Virus record (IMG/VR): IMGVR_UViG_3300032291_002944 | Location: 5,381 to 69,380 of that record | Direction: 5' to 3' (one strand) | DNA length: 64,000 nt | DNA from: a virus | Part shown: positions 47,184-57,428 of the stretch, piece after piece | How the letters are laid out: the number at the start of each line of letters is the position of its first letter | Numbering within the stretch: position 1 is the stretch's first letter | Program-made: the position numbers and the translations under genes | The notes under the pieces: generated by a model | The model's database searches: none | Told to the model about the DNA's origin: nothing | What the model saw: the letters and a program-made list of their open reading frames with translations, nothing else

Positions 47184-47855
47184 TTATTTTCTTCTTAATA
47201 TTATTTCTTCAGTTGCGTAACCAACATTATTAATTTGTAATATTTCCCAATCAGTTGCTTTTTCACGTATCCATTTTTCACTTATAAAAACAACTTTGAT
47301 TATTTCTTTACCATTCCAACTATTAAAATCTGCTTGTTTATTTCCATCATGTTTGTGTTTATTATCATCGTTTAACATTCCATCATACATCACAAAAATA
47401 CATCCTGGATTTGCAACTTCTGCTAAATTTTTAAAAACATCTGATTTAAATTCTAAAGGAATATGAGGAAGAACCGCGTTAGTAAACATGAAATCAAATT
47501 TAATTGGAAACTTATCAACAAAACTTTCAGTTAAATCAGATTGAACAAATTTTAACCTTTCAGTCTCATATTGTTTTGCATAATTAATTCTATTGTTAGA
47601 TAAATCAATTCCATAAGTTTTTTCAAAAGTTTCACTTAAAACTCTGGTAAAATAGCCTTGAGCACAACCAACATCCAAACAATTTTTATTAACATTTTCA
47701 TCAATTAAGTTTTTAATTTTTGGAATTAAATTTTCTTTCATCCAATTTACATCTCTTTCAAGATATCCAGTCTCAGCACCAGGAGTTCCTGCAGGGTTAA
47801 TCAAACTTTCGTCTTCAAAATAATTTTTTAAGGCTTCTTTAATGTTGTGTATCAT
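47184..47855 (-). CDS. Class I SAM-dependent methyltransferase
   Basis: CLDVGCAQG, GIDLS and FDFMFTNAVLPHI motifs. Confidence 0.88.
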   Translation of the reverse strand: MIHNIKEALKNYFEDESLINPAGTPGAETGYLERDVNWMKENLIPKIKNLIDENVNKNCLDVGCAQGYFTRVLSETFEKTYGIDLSNNRINYAKQYETERLKFVQSDLTESFVDKFPIKFDFMFTNAVLPHIPLEFKSDVFKNLAEVANPGCIFVMYDGMLNDDNKHKHDGNKQADFNSWNGKEIIKVVFISEKWIREKATDWEILQINNVGYATEEIILRRK

Positions 47856-47856
47856 G

Positions 47857-48240
47857 TTATTGGTATTTAATGTACTCTTTTATTTCTCTGATTTCAGAGT
47901 CTGTTATTTTATTTATTTGGTTTTTTAAACTAAATCTTTCATCATTAGTAAAATATACATTTCTCGCCAACTCAACAAATTCTTCATCAAATTTTTTTTC
48001 ACTTTCTAAAACTCTAAGTTTATCTTCGATGTCCCAAAGTTTAGAATTAGTTTTAACTAAAATGTTATATAATGTTTCAAGTTCTTTAATATCTAAATAA
48101 ACTGAAGATAAGTTGTATAATAATTCAAATTCTTTATTTATGTATTCTAATTTTTCTTCATTGGTTATTTTTGTTTTTTTTACTTGTAGAATTGATAATT
48201 TATCAATTAATTCTCCTACGCTTACTGGTGTATAAATCAT
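47857..48240 (-). CDS. DUF6165-like protein
   Basis: PVSVGELIDKLSIL, NSKLWDIED.LR and ARNVYFTND.R..K..IN motifs. Confidence 0.8.
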   Translation of the reverse strand: MIYTPVSVGELIDKLSILQVKKTKITNEEKLEYINKEFELLYNLSSVYLDIKELETLYNILVKTNSKLWDIEDKLRVLESEKKFDEEFVELARNVYFTNDERFSLKNQINKITDSEIREIKEYIKYQ

Positions 48241-48941
48241 AATATATAAGTTAAATCTTTATCAAACATGTGTTCTACTTGGTGAAAACTTGGAGGGTCA
48301 TGTCTTGAATAAACTGTAACATTTTTTAATCCAAGTTTTGTTATAATATATAATATTGAAGTTTCAACAGTATAAATGTGTTTTGCTTTCAATAAAAGTC
48401 CTATCCAATCAAATAAGTTATCCCAACCAAGATATTCCATCTCAACAGAATTTTCATATTGACCCATATGGATACATGGTTTAGAATCAGGAGGTGAACC
48501 AAACATTCTATTAACAAAAACAAATTCTTTATCTTGTACTCCAAAATGGTCAATTAATTTTTGTTCCCTTTCAAAATTTCTTTTAAAAGAAAAATGGTCT
48601 ATCCAATCTGAATAGTCCATGTTTAACATCTTGTATTTTGCATGCATTACTGAACAATCAAAATGTCTATCAAAATGTTGAATTGGTAAATAGATTGAGT
48701 CGTCTGAAATTTGTTCTGGTTTACTATACCCCTCCCTGTAAATATTTTTATGAGGAAAGTTATCATTTTCATTTATAAAATTTAATCCATCAATTTTGAT
48801 GTAATCTTTTATAAATTCAAACTGAGGAATTACTGGCCACCAAACTTCATACCCTTTAGAAATACAATCTTTTGCAATTTTTTGACAAAAGAAAATATCT
48901 CCAATACCTGCGGGTTGTCTTATTAAACAAATTTTAGACAT
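48237..48941 (-). CDS. Putative glycosyltransferase-like protein
   Basis: QPAGIGDI start and AKHIYTVETS motif; lies in the glycan cluster. Confidence 0.5.
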   Translation of the reverse strand: MSKICLIRQPAGIGDIFFCQKIAKDCISKGYEVWWPVIPQFEFIKDYIKIDGLNFINENDNFPHKNIYREGYSKPEQISDDSIYLPIQHFDRHFDCSVMHAKYKMLNMDYSDWIDHFSFKRNFEREQKLIDHFGVQDKEFVFVNRMFGSPPDSKPCIHMGQYENSVEMEYLGWDNLFDWIGLLLKAKHIYTVETSILYIITKLGLKNVTVYSRHDPPSFHQVEHMFDKDLTYIL

Positions 48942-49752
48942 AATGAATTAAATAATTTTCATAAATCCAATCATCAAGGACACTGTATTTTTGTACTCTA
49001 TCATAATTGTCTTTTATTGCATCTATTTTAGAATTATATAATTCTTCACTTAAAGTTGAAACATCAAAATTACCATCAAAAAAAATAATTCCATCTGGGT
49101 TAAAATAATCCACAACTTTTTTAGTACCCATATAAATAGGAATAGTACCTGTTGCAAAACAATCTAATATTTTTTCAGTAAAGTAAGTGTCATAGGTATC
49201 GTTTTCAACACAGAAAGAAAAACGGTAGTCTTTTAAACCGATTTCTTTATTTGGAATTTCTTGAATTCCTCTACCAAATACATCAATTTTATCTTGATTT
49301 GCCATTGCAAAATCATGTCTGATTTCATGTTGACTAGTCCATCTTTTATTGGATGTAATCATAGATGCCATTTTAGTTTTTGGATGTACTCCAAATTCTT
49401 TAATATAACTACCGTATGCTGGAGTCCATTTAAATTTGGGACTTAATTGTAATAATTCATCATTATGAGTCCAAATTTGTTCAAATGTTTCAAGTACTGT
49501 ATCTAAATTATTTTTTATGTTATCTATTGCACCACCATCAAATTTTCTTGATTCAATAACCCAAAGAAATTTCTTTTTATTTCCACCGTCAACTTTGTGG
49601 TCTTCAATTCCTTTAAACAAATCGTTATCTAAATAAACCGATATTGGATTGTCATAACTATTAAAACACCATTCAATATGAACTGGTGCTTTGTTCGCAG
49701 TTGACCCTTTGTCGTGTGCGAAATTTCTTGATAACATGTTTAACTTAACCAT
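48934..49752 (-). CDS. GT10-like (alpha-1,3-fucosyltransferase-type) glycosyltransferase
   Basis: YRFSFCVEN..YFTEKILDCFATGTIPIYMG is the GT10 signature. Confidence 0.82.
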   Translation of the reverse strand: MVKLNMLSRNFAHDKGSTANKAPVHIEWCFNSYDNPISVYLDNDLFKGIEDHKVDGGNKKKFLWVIESRKFDGGAIDNIKNNLDTVLETFEQIWTHNDELLQLSPKFKWTPAYGSYIKEFGVHPKTKMASMITSNKRWTSQHEIRHDFAMANQDKIDVFGRGIQEIPNKEIGLKDYRFSFCVENDTYDTYFTEKILDCFATGTIPIYMGTKKVVDYFNPDGIIFFDGNFDVSTLSEELYNSKIDAIKDNYDRVQKYSVLDDWIYENYLIHYV

Positions 49753-50549
49753 CCGTCTTCGTAATTAACTTCTAATACTGTCCAATATGATTCGTAGATA
49801 TCTTGGTAGTTTCTTGGACCTCTTGGGCCAAACCAAATTGAAGGAGCAACTATTTTTTTATTTGGATTAGGGTTTAAGAATGTTCCCCACCATGAGAATG
49901 TAGAATTAACCATGATGTGGTTTTTACATAAAGACATCAACCACATTTCTCTGTAATCAACATCATCAACATATGTTACATTTTCAAACTTTAGGTTTTC
50001 TTTAACCCATTCTTTATCATCACTAAAAACAAATACGTGAGAATACTCACCAATTTCTTTTAACGCCCTTTCAACATATTTTTCATTTGCAATTGGGTGA
50101 ATATCAGGATTCATAAAACAATCTCCTCTACGAATATGAATTGATAAAGTATTTTCTTGGTTTAATTCAGGATGTTTTTCATACATTTCTTGAATAAATT
50201 CTTCTGTTGGTGAAAATATTTTTCTAATCTCATCGTAATATTCAAAAAAGTTTTTACTGCTTTGAAAATATCCGTCAAATACTGTGTCATGGTCTTTTGC
50301 ATAAACATCAATGTATTCCCAAGGTCCTTCACTAACTTTTTCAAATCCGTCAATACTCTCAACAAATTTCATGTTTCTAAAAATATTATCAAGATAGTTT
50401 TCTGCTTGTCTCCCTTGCATTGGAGTCCATGAATGTGGAACAAAAACTGCTTCTCTGTTTAATTTTTTGGCATGTGCTAAAGCATGTGCCGCTTGGAAAA
50501 GTTGATTTCCCAATCCACCCATTAAATTACAGGATATTAAATTACTCAT
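49740..50549 (-). CDS. GT11 alpha-1,2-fucosyltransferase-type glycosyltransferase
   Basis: GGLGNQLFQ, GYFQS, HIRRGD, FSDD and NSTFSWWG motifs. Confidence 0.9.
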   Translation of the reverse strand: MSNLISCNLMGGLGNQLFQAAHALAHAKKLNREAVFVPHSWTPMQGRQAENYLDNIFRNMKFVESIDGFEKVSEGPWEYIDVYAKDHDTVFDGYFQSSKNFFEYYDEIRKIFSPTEEFIQEMYEKHPELNQENTLSIHIRRGDCFMNPDIHPIANEKYVERALKEIGEYSHVFVFSDDKEWVKENLKFENVTYVDDVDYREMWLMSLCKNHIMVNSTFSWWGTFLNPNPNKKIVAPSIWFGPRGPRNYQDIYESYWTVLEVNYEDGWLS

Positions 50550-51274
50550 CTAATTAGTTTTTTTAATTTAGTTTTATTTCTGATTATGTTAGAACATCTT
50601 TCTTGTTCTCTGTGTCCTCCCCCAGTTGCACTACCAATTTTATGGTCGTTGTATGGTGATTCTGCATTATAAACATAATATAATTTTGGTAAAAATCTAT
50701 AATTTTTGTCTCCTGCTAATTCTAATAATGAAAAAGTGTAAGCAACGTCAGCTGCTGATTTAAAATAAGAACCGTCATCATCTCTTAAATAACTATCAGG
50801 AATTGCCTTCCATAAAAAAGTTTTCCAAGTTCTTAAATGAGAAAATCTAAAGGCATCTTTTCTAACTGTTTCAGGATTACATTTTGACGAAAATCCCGAG
50901 TCTCCATTAGAGTACATAAATGAACCATTAGTTAACCAAACTTGGTCATCGGAATACATATTTCTAATGTCTGAAACAATATCAGAGCTTAATAAAAAAT
51001 CATCCCCATCAATTTCTATGACAATATCTTCATCATCGAATTGAGTAATTAGTTCATTTAAATTTTTTAATTTGAATTTTTTTTCTTGATTAACAATTAA
51101 TTTAAAACGAGAATCGTCCCCAATTAATTTTTTAATAACTTCAACTGTATTGTCGGTTGACATATCATCAATTAAATAAACTTCAAAATCTTTATCCGTT
51201 TGAGATTTAAGAGTTCTGATACAGTTTTTTATATATTTTTCGGCATTCCAAAAACAACAAACAAATTTTATCAT
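50546..51274 (-). CDS. Glycosyltransferase family 2
   Basis: NAEKYI..CI, IDDMSTD, IDGDD, SHLRT and YVYN motifs. Confidence 0.88.
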   Translation of the reverse strand: MIKFVCCFWNAEKYIKNCIRTLKSQTDKDFEVYLIDDMSTDNTVEVIKKLIGDDSRFKLIVNQEKKFKLKNLNELITQFDDEDIVIEIDGDDFLLSSDIVSDIRNMYSDDQVWLTNGSFMYSNGDSGFSSKCNPETVRKDAFRFSHLRTWKTFLWKAIPDSYLRDDDGSYFKSAADVAYTFSLLELAGDKNYRFLPKLYYVYNAESPYNDHKIGSATGGGHREQERCSNIIRNKTKLKKLIR

Positions 51275-52431
51275 TGTAAATTAATTACGAATCCTTCAGG
51301 TTTTGTACCTTGTTTATAGAATTTTAATCTACCATTATAACTTTCTGATAGATAATTTAGTTTAGAACTAATTGCGTCAATCTCAATAACATTTACCATG
51401 TATCCTTCGTTTAACAAATCTATACACAATTGAAATTGTTGAGACTCTTCCAAAATATCGGTTCCTCTTTTGTATGTAATATAGTTCATTACAAATGGAT
51501 TTGATTTATCTGGATTTAAATTAACATAATAATCTTTTAAGAAAGTTGCGTGTTCTTTATTAAACAAATCCACAGTTAATGGTAAATTTAATTCCATACC
51601 TAAATTTTTGGCGTAATGACCTAACGCTCTATTGTCTCTTGGTAAACATGGCCCACCAAATCCAAATCCATATTTCATATATTTTTTACCAACTCTTGTG
51701 TCACCACCGATTGCACTTAAAACCATATCAATTTCACCTTTGATACCTGCCTTTGTCATGATATCACCCATCATGTTGGCGTAACTGATTTTAGTTGTCA
51801 AGAAACAGTTGATACCTATCTTGGTTATTTCCGCAGCTTTAGATGACATAACATATGCGTTGACAGAAGTTGTTTGTATTTTATTATAAATTTCAATTAA
51901 CTCATTTGCTAAATCTTGATAATCTGTGCCAATTAAAACAATATCTGATTGTTCTAACCCTTTTACAATTTCACCTTGAGCAATAAACTCTGGATTATAA
52001 GCAACTTGAATATTAAACATATTCAATCTTTGTTGAATCTGTTCCGTATCACCAGGATTAGTCGTACATCCAATAATAAATTTTTTATTATAAAGTGGTA
52101 TTTCTAACGCCGAAGCGGTATTAAAATTTCCAGAAACTTCAAACACTTTTGACGTGTCATAGTTACCCTCAATAGTTGACGGAGTTGCTACAAATGTAAA
52201 AATAGTGTCACAATTTTTTATAATTTCTATGTTGTTTGTTGTTGCGCTAAGTTTAGTAGATTCAAACAACATATTTTGTATTAACGGTTCATTTGTAATA
52301 CAAATTTTTTGGTTAAGATTGTAAACATAATCTTCTCTAACGTCAGATACTAAAACTTCGTAACCATTTTTTTCACATAATAGAGCAAATGTAAGACCTA
52401 ACCTACCTGCACCAATTACTCCTATTTTCAT
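51271..52431 (-). CDS. ugd: UDP-glucose/GDP-mannose 6-dehydrogenase family protein
   Basis: GAGRLG, VATP, NPEF, TKISYAN and GFGGPCLPRD with the catalytic Cys; the C-terminal domain is short. Confidence 0.85.
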   Translation of the reverse strand: MKIGVIGAGRLGLTFALLCEKNGYEVLVSDVREDYVYNLNQKICITNEPLIQNMLFESTKLSATTNNIEIIKNCDTIFTFVATPSTIEGNYDTSKVFEVSGNFNTASALEIPLYNKKFIIGCTTNPGDTEQIQQRLNMFNIQVAYNPEFIAQGEIVKGLEQSDIVLIGTDYQDLANELIEIYNKIQTTSVNAYVMSSKAAEITKIGINCFLTTKISYANMMGDIMTKAGIKGEIDMVLSAIGGDTRVGKKYMKYGFGFGGPCLPRDNRALGHYAKNLGMELNLPLTVDLFNKEHATFLKDYYVNLNPDKSNPFVMNYITYKRGTDILEESQQFQLCIDLLNEGYMVNVIEIDAISSKLNYLSESYNGRLKFYKQGTKPEGFVINLQ

Positions 52432-53222
52432 ATAATTTCTTTTTCTTTCAAATTAAAAATTGGTATTGAAACCATTTTATGTTTATTTTTATTATTGAAA
52501 TTTAAGTACTTTTCAATAACTTTGTATTCTTTATTAGAATATGAAAGTTTATTGAGTCCATGTTCCATAACCCATTCTAGTTCTTTATATGTTGCTCCAA
52601 TTTGGTCTTCATCAGTTCTGTCATCTTCCCATAGACCATCAGTCGGTTCCGCATCAATAATTTCTTGAGGTACACCTAGGTAACGACCAAGTTCCCTAAC
52701 TTCAGTTTTATATAGGTCGGCAATTGGAGAAATATCAACACCTCCATCACCATATTTGGTATAAAATCCAACACCAAAATCCTCAACTTTATTTCCAGTG
52801 CCAACCACTATTCCATTTACGGATGCCGCAATTTGATATAATGTAATCATTCGTAATCGTGATTTTGTATTTGCAAATCCTAATTCTGAATTGAACCTAT
52901 TTTTGAATAATGGGTGAGATTGAAATTCTTGAAAAGTTTTAGTCAAATCAACATGGTAACCTGAAACATTTTTTTTATATTTTGTCGATAAAAATTCAAT
53001 CTGTTTTATAGATAATTTAGTATTTTTTTCGTTTGAATAAATTGGCATTCCAACTATAATAGTAGGAAGTCCTGTTTCTGCACAAAGTGTTGACACAACC
53101 GCAGAATCAATCCCTCCAGATACACCAACAATTAATTCACTTAAATTATTTTCTTTGACATAATTTGTAATCCATAATTGGATTTCTTTTGATAAGTTTT
53201 CATAATCAATAATTCTATTCAT
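52428..53222 (-). CDS. nadE: NH3-dependent NAD+ synthetase
   Basis: SGGIDS, ANTKSRLRM, GTGNKVE, FYTKYGDGG, DLYKTEV and PTDGLW motifs. Confidence 0.93.
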   Translation of the reverse strand: MNRIIDYENLSKEIQLWITNYVKENNLSELIVGVSGGIDSAVVSTLCAETGLPTIIVGMPIYSNEKNTKLSIKQIEFLSTKYKKNVSGYHVDLTKTFQEFQSHPLFKNRFNSELGFANTKSRLRMITLYQIAASVNGIVVGTGNKVEDFGVGFYTKYGDGGVDISPIADLYKTEVRELGRYLGVPQEIIDAEPTDGLWEDDRTDEDQIGATYKELEWVMEHGLNKLSYSNKEYKVIEKYLNFNNKNKHKMVSIPIFNLKEKEII

Positions 53223-54850
53223 TATATAATTTTTAAGTATTCTTCTTTTATTTGTTTTGCAACATTCATAGTATAATATTTTTCTAAATCTGTTGGTGGA
53301 TTAAATTTTTCTTTTGATAAAATAAATCCAGCAGAATCAACTTTATAAATCCAACTTGGTTTACCACATAACCATCCCTCAATTGTAGTTCTTCCTAATT
53401 GAATTCCCGCAGTTTCCTCACACTTGTATATAAAGTTTTCAACTGACCAAGTAGGTGGGAAATGTTTAACATGAGGTTCATTTAAAACTAAAGGTAAATA
53501 ATTTCCTTTATCTTCACCAACTAACCAAAGTTCTTTACCTTCTTCTTTAGTTCGTTCCATTAAATCCAAAATTGTTTCTTTTCTTAAGTAATCAATTGTA
53601 CCAACAAATAAAACCGCATTCTCAACTTTAACATTAGATTTTGGTTTGAATTTTTCATTGTCTAATGGATTATATATTACATCAACAGACTCTTCAGGTA
53701 TTTCAAATTTATTAACAATATGGTCTTTAATTTCAGGTCTAATTGCAATGTACTTCTTAATTGATTCATGTTTGATAGGGTCTTCCAATTCAATAACTTC
53801 AGAGTGAATGGAATATATTTTATCTATTTCGGGATAAAATTGAATCATTCTTTCTGCAACAGGTTTATGTTGTATATGAATAATATCATAGTTAACTTCC
53901 GAGACACGATACATCATATTTTCAGTTGACGGTTTAAAACCTTCAGGAGAATTAAACCCCCACTTTCCATCACCAAGTTTAAACCCTGGAGATTCTTCAA
54001 ATGAAAGACATTTGATACCAATTTTTTTTGCCATGTCTGTTAGCGGTCCACCAATTTGAGATATGACTGTAACATCACAGTTAAGTTTCAATAAACTTTT
54101 TGCAAGTTCATACACATATAATTCAGAACCTGTAAAAGTTCTGAAGAATAAACATGATAATAAAACTTTGATTCTTCTTGTGGGGTCAAATGGAAGTTTA
54201 ATCGGTAAACTATCTTTATATTTTTCAGCAAATAATTTTCTATTTTCTTCCCATTGTTCGTTTGTTTGTCCAATAGATTTGTGAGTTACTCTAACGTTAG
54301 TAATAACACCAACCTTAACTCCTTGTAAATGGTTTTCAAAACAGAATGGAATATCATAAAAGTGAAATCCTTTAAAGTCTTCAATAAAATTAGACTTGAT
54401 TCTTTTTTTATGAATTCCCATAAATAAACCATCAACAATAACAGTTTCAAATATGTTATTGTGGAATGATTCGGAATATTTTGATTCCCATTTTTTTCCT
54501 TCGTGTTCATGGTTTACAATGCCAACCATTTTTTTCCTATTTTCCCACCATTGTCCACTTGCGGGCATTGATGTGGAACCTGCCATACCAATAATACCAA
54601 AATCACTTTTTTCAAAATGTTTTAATACTTTGTTGTACCAACCTGTCGCCTCAAAATAAATGTCATCGTGACAAAGGATTACAATGTCAGTATTGGACTC
54701 TTCAAGTATTTCATTATAAACTTGAGCAAGAGATTTCTCACCGTTGTTTATTTTTTCAATAACTTCTAAATTTTTAAATCCCGAACTTTTTTTGAGATAA
54801 TCAATAAATTTTGGATTATGTTCTCTTGTTGAATAACCTACTGTAATCAT
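53222..54850 (-). CDS. Bifunctional glycosyltransferase (GT2-like fused to GT4-like)
   Basis: N-half YNE..ILCHDD, VDG and FHFYD; C-half TGSELYVYELAK and GRTTIEG. Confidence 0.8.
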   Translation of the reverse strand: MITVGYSTREHNPKFIDYLKKSSGFKNLEVIEKINNGEKSLAQVYNEILEESNTDIVILCHDDIYFEATGWYNKVLKHFEKSDFGIIGMAGSTSMPASGQWWENRKKMVGIVNHEHEGKKWESKYSESFHNNIFETVIVDGLFMGIHKKRIKSNFIEDFKGFHFYDIPFCFENHLQGVKVGVITNVRVTHKSIGQTNEQWEENRKLFAEKYKDSLPIKLPFDPTRRIKVLLSCLFFRTFTGSELYVYELAKSLLKLNCDVTVISQIGGPLTDMAKKIGIKCLSFEESPGFKLGDGKWGFNSPEGFKPSTENMMYRVSEVNYDIIHIQHKPVAERMIQFYPEIDKIYSIHSEVIELEDPIKHESIKKYIAIRPEIKDHIVNKFEIPEESVDVIYNPLDNEKFKPKSNVKVENAVLFVGTIDYLRKETILDLMERTKEEGKELWLVGEDKGNYLPLVLNEPHVKHFPPTWSVENFIYKCEETAGIQLGRTTIEGWLCGKPSWIYKVDSAGFILSKEKFNPPTDLEKYYTMNVAKQIKEEYLKII

Positions 54851-54855
54851 TTCTA

Positions 54856-55464
54856 TTAAATTCCTGTGCTACCGAATCCATTATTTCCTCGGTCTTTATT
54901 ATCTACTTTTTCAACTAATTCAAGGTTAACAAATTTACCATTCATGACAGGACATAAAACTGCTTGAGCAATTTTCATTCCTTTCTTAACTGTAAATGTT
55001 TCATTTGATGTATTGAATAAAATAACCTTAATCTCTCCAGTATAACCTTGGTCAACAGTGCCAGGGGTATTCAAACAAGTAATACCGTAGTTGATTGCTA
55101 ATCCACTTTTAGGACGAACTTGAATCTCATAACCTTCGTCAAAAGAAACTTTTAATCCTGTTGATACTAACGCTCTTGATAACGGAGCCATGTCTAATTC
55201 TTCAATAGAATATAAATCAAACCCTGAATCAGAAGGATAAGCATATCCAGGAAAAATTGCGTCTTCATGGATTGTTTCTATTTTTATTGTTTTTGTTTTC
55301 ATTGCGGTTTCCATTTCTTTTTGAATTTCATCAAAAGAAATATTACCAAAAAGGTTATCTAAACCTTCGTAACTTTTTTCGTCGGGTTCAATACCCATTT
55401 GATTTTTTAACGATTCAAATTGTTCTTGAATTTGACTAAGTAAATTCGGGTCTAATGTTTTCAT
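54856..55464 (-). CDS. dut: Trimeric dUTPase
   Basis: SGFDL, RPKSG, GTVDQGYTGE, KIAQ and RGNNGFGSTG motifs, with a ~55 aa N-terminal extension. Confidence 0.94.
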   Translation of the reverse strand: MKTLDPNLLSQIQEQFESLKNQMGIEPDEKSYEGLDNLFGNISFDEIQKEMETAMKTKTIKIETIHEDAIFPGYAYPSDSGFDLYSIEELDMAPLSRALVSTGLKVSFDEGYEIQVRPKSGLAINYGITCLNTPGTVDQGYTGEIKVILFNTSNETFTVKKGMKIAQAVLCPVMNGKFVNLELVEKVDNKDRGNNGFGSTGI

Positions 55465-56165
55465 TTTTTTAATTCTACTATTTTTTTTATTACGTCAATT
55501 AATACTGACACATCTTTTTCACAATATTCTACAATACCTTTAATATCTTTTTTTACCCAAAAAGCTTCGTGTACTTTATTTCCTGTAACTTCCATATTCT
55601 TAGAAGATTCAACACCTAAAGAAACACACATAAGTTCTAAAGAAGCTATAGAACCGTAACTACCATATTGCCATAATTCTTTGGTGTCTAACGCCTTAAC
55701 TTCCCAAGGTTTAGTGTCGTGACCTGGTAATATTTTTGGAGGTAAGATTCCATTTATAATCATTCGTTTTGCTAACATCGGAATATCGAATCCTTTGACA
55801 TTATGACCACACAAGAAAAATCCAAGTTCTCCAACTCTGTATAAAAGTTTTTGAACATCTAATAACATTTTTCCTTCATCAGGGTCACTAAATGACTGCA
55901 TTTTAATTTCACCATTGTCCATTACAAATGCAACACTGACACAGGCGATTCTTGCAAATTCAGGTACTAAAGCAGACCTATTAACAAACATTGTTCCAAC
56001 AGGTTTGTCGGCATCTTCAGGGAATCTTTTTTGGAACCAGTCTAAATAATTTTCAAATTGGAACGAAAGAGCCTCGTTGTTTTTGACTAATGAATCCCAA
56101 TCGGGTTGAACTCCGACGGTCTCAATATCAATAAATAAAAGTTTGGTAATAGGTATGTTTATCAT
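55461..56165 (-). CDS. 3'-5' exonuclease (PolB exonuclease-related, DEDD)
   Basis: FIDIET, GHNVKGFDIP, LDT and YCEKDV motifs. Confidence 0.88.
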   Translation of the reverse strand: MINIPITKLLFIDIETVGVQPDWDSLVKNNEALSFQFENYLDWFQKRFPEDADKPVGTMFVNRSALVPEFARIACVSVAFVMDNGEIKMQSFSDPDEGKMLLDVQKLLYRVGELGFFLCGHNVKGFDIPMLAKRMIINGILPPKILPGHDTKPWEVKALDTKELWQYGSYGSIASLELMCVSLGVESSKNMEVTGNKVHEAFWVKKDIKGIVEYCEKDVSVLIDVIKKIVELKK

Positions 56166-57373
56166 ATGATTGATTTATAAAATTCTGCTCTACTTTTTGT
56201 TACTACATTTAAATCGTATGTGTCTTTAACTGTCTCATATAATCTTTCTCCCATGTCCTTAGCCATGTTAGGATTCTTAATAAGTTTTTCAATATATTTT
56301 GCCCAATCTGAGTGGTTTCTTTGCTCATCAACTAATATACCATTACCATCAACAAAATTACCGTGGTCTAAACAATGTTTGATATCAATCGTATATGGGC
56401 CTAAGTTTGAAGCAATAATCGCTTTCTTATAGAATCCAGCCTCAATTACTTTTAATTGAGACTTCATTCGGTTAAACATATGATTCTTAATTGGTGCTAA
56501 AGAAACGTCAAACTTTGAATAATTTTTGGCATAAGACGTAACAGGTTTTGTCCATACTCTTGAGTATGACTCACTATTTTCATTATCATAAGTTTCTTGA
56601 CTGTAATTTAATAAATGTTTTTTATATTCTTCAGAGACTGTTGAATAATTTTGAGTAAATATTTTTTCATATGAAGCCCAAACAGTTTCATGAGGCAAAA
56701 TATTTCTTTTGTTATGTTCTCCAGTTGCTGAGTTAATTTCAGTTACAGTTCCTCTTGTATCAAAACCACACAATACAAATTGGAATTTGTCTTTCAAATG
56801 AGTAATCTTACTTAAAGATTGGTCTAATAATTGAATATCGTGTAAGTGAGATGAACCTCCTAACCAACCAAAACGTAATCTATCAGATTCTGCATTTGGT
56901 TCTTTAAATTGAGATTCATTTGGATTAATTGCGTTAGGGAACACAAATACATTAGGATTAATCTTTTTGATTTCATCTGCAAATAACCCTGTGGTTGTTG
57001 TTACATATTTTGCAACTTTAAGGTTTGCAACAATTTTTTCATTAATCTTATTAAACTTAATGACATCGTGAATCGGGTGTTCTTTACCTGGCATCCAATA
57101 GTCGTCAATATCATCAACAGTGATAACACCTAATGAATTTAACATTTGAATTAATCGGTTTGCTCTATCAAAATCAGGTCCAATACTTCTATGGAATGAT
57201 ACTATTTGATAATCAGTCCAAAAGTTGACATCATCATATGGTGGTTCATACACGATATCTACGTGGAAATCGTCTCCATATAAATTCTGAAGAAAGACGT
57301 GAGGGTCTACGGACCTAAATTTACCAACACCTGTACGGTCGGATGGTACTACTAAAATTTTGATTTTTGACAT
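56162..57373 (-). CDS. GT-B glycosyltransferase
   Basis: GVGKFR, DDIDD, GWLGGSSH..D and DVSLAP..FNRMKSQLKVIEAG motifs. Confidence 0.85.
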   Translation of the reverse strand: MSKIKILVVPSDRTGVGKFRSVDPHVFLQNLYGDDFHVDIVYEPPYDDVNFWTDYQIVSFHRSIGPDFDRANRLIQMLNSLGVITVDDIDDYWMPGKEHPIHDVIKFNKINEKIVANLKVAKYVTTTTGLFADEIKKINPNVFVFPNAINPNESQFKEPNAESDRLRFGWLGGSSHLHDIQLLDQSLSKITHLKDKFQFVLCGFDTRGTVTEINSATGEHNKRNILPHETVWASYEKIFTQNYSTVSEEYKKHLLNYSQETYDNENSESYSRVWTKPVTSYAKNYSKFDVSLAPIKNHMFNRMKSQLKVIEAGFYKKAIIASNLGPYTIDIKHCLDHGNFVDGNGILVDEQRNHSDWAKYIEKLIKNPNMAKDMGERLYETVKDTYDLNVVTKSRAEFYKSII

Positions 57374-57428
57374 ATTAAATTATTGTATTCAATAAAATAT
57401 AATAACTTATGTCAGATAAAGAAAGGGG

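Noticed and set aside
35223-57373. Glycan cluster as a bacterial LPS/capsule locus or chimeric host sequence
   Set aside because: It is interleaved with phage-type phoH, dut, exonuclease and sigma genes, is coupled to them, and lacks recognisable wzx/wzy/ABC export genes.
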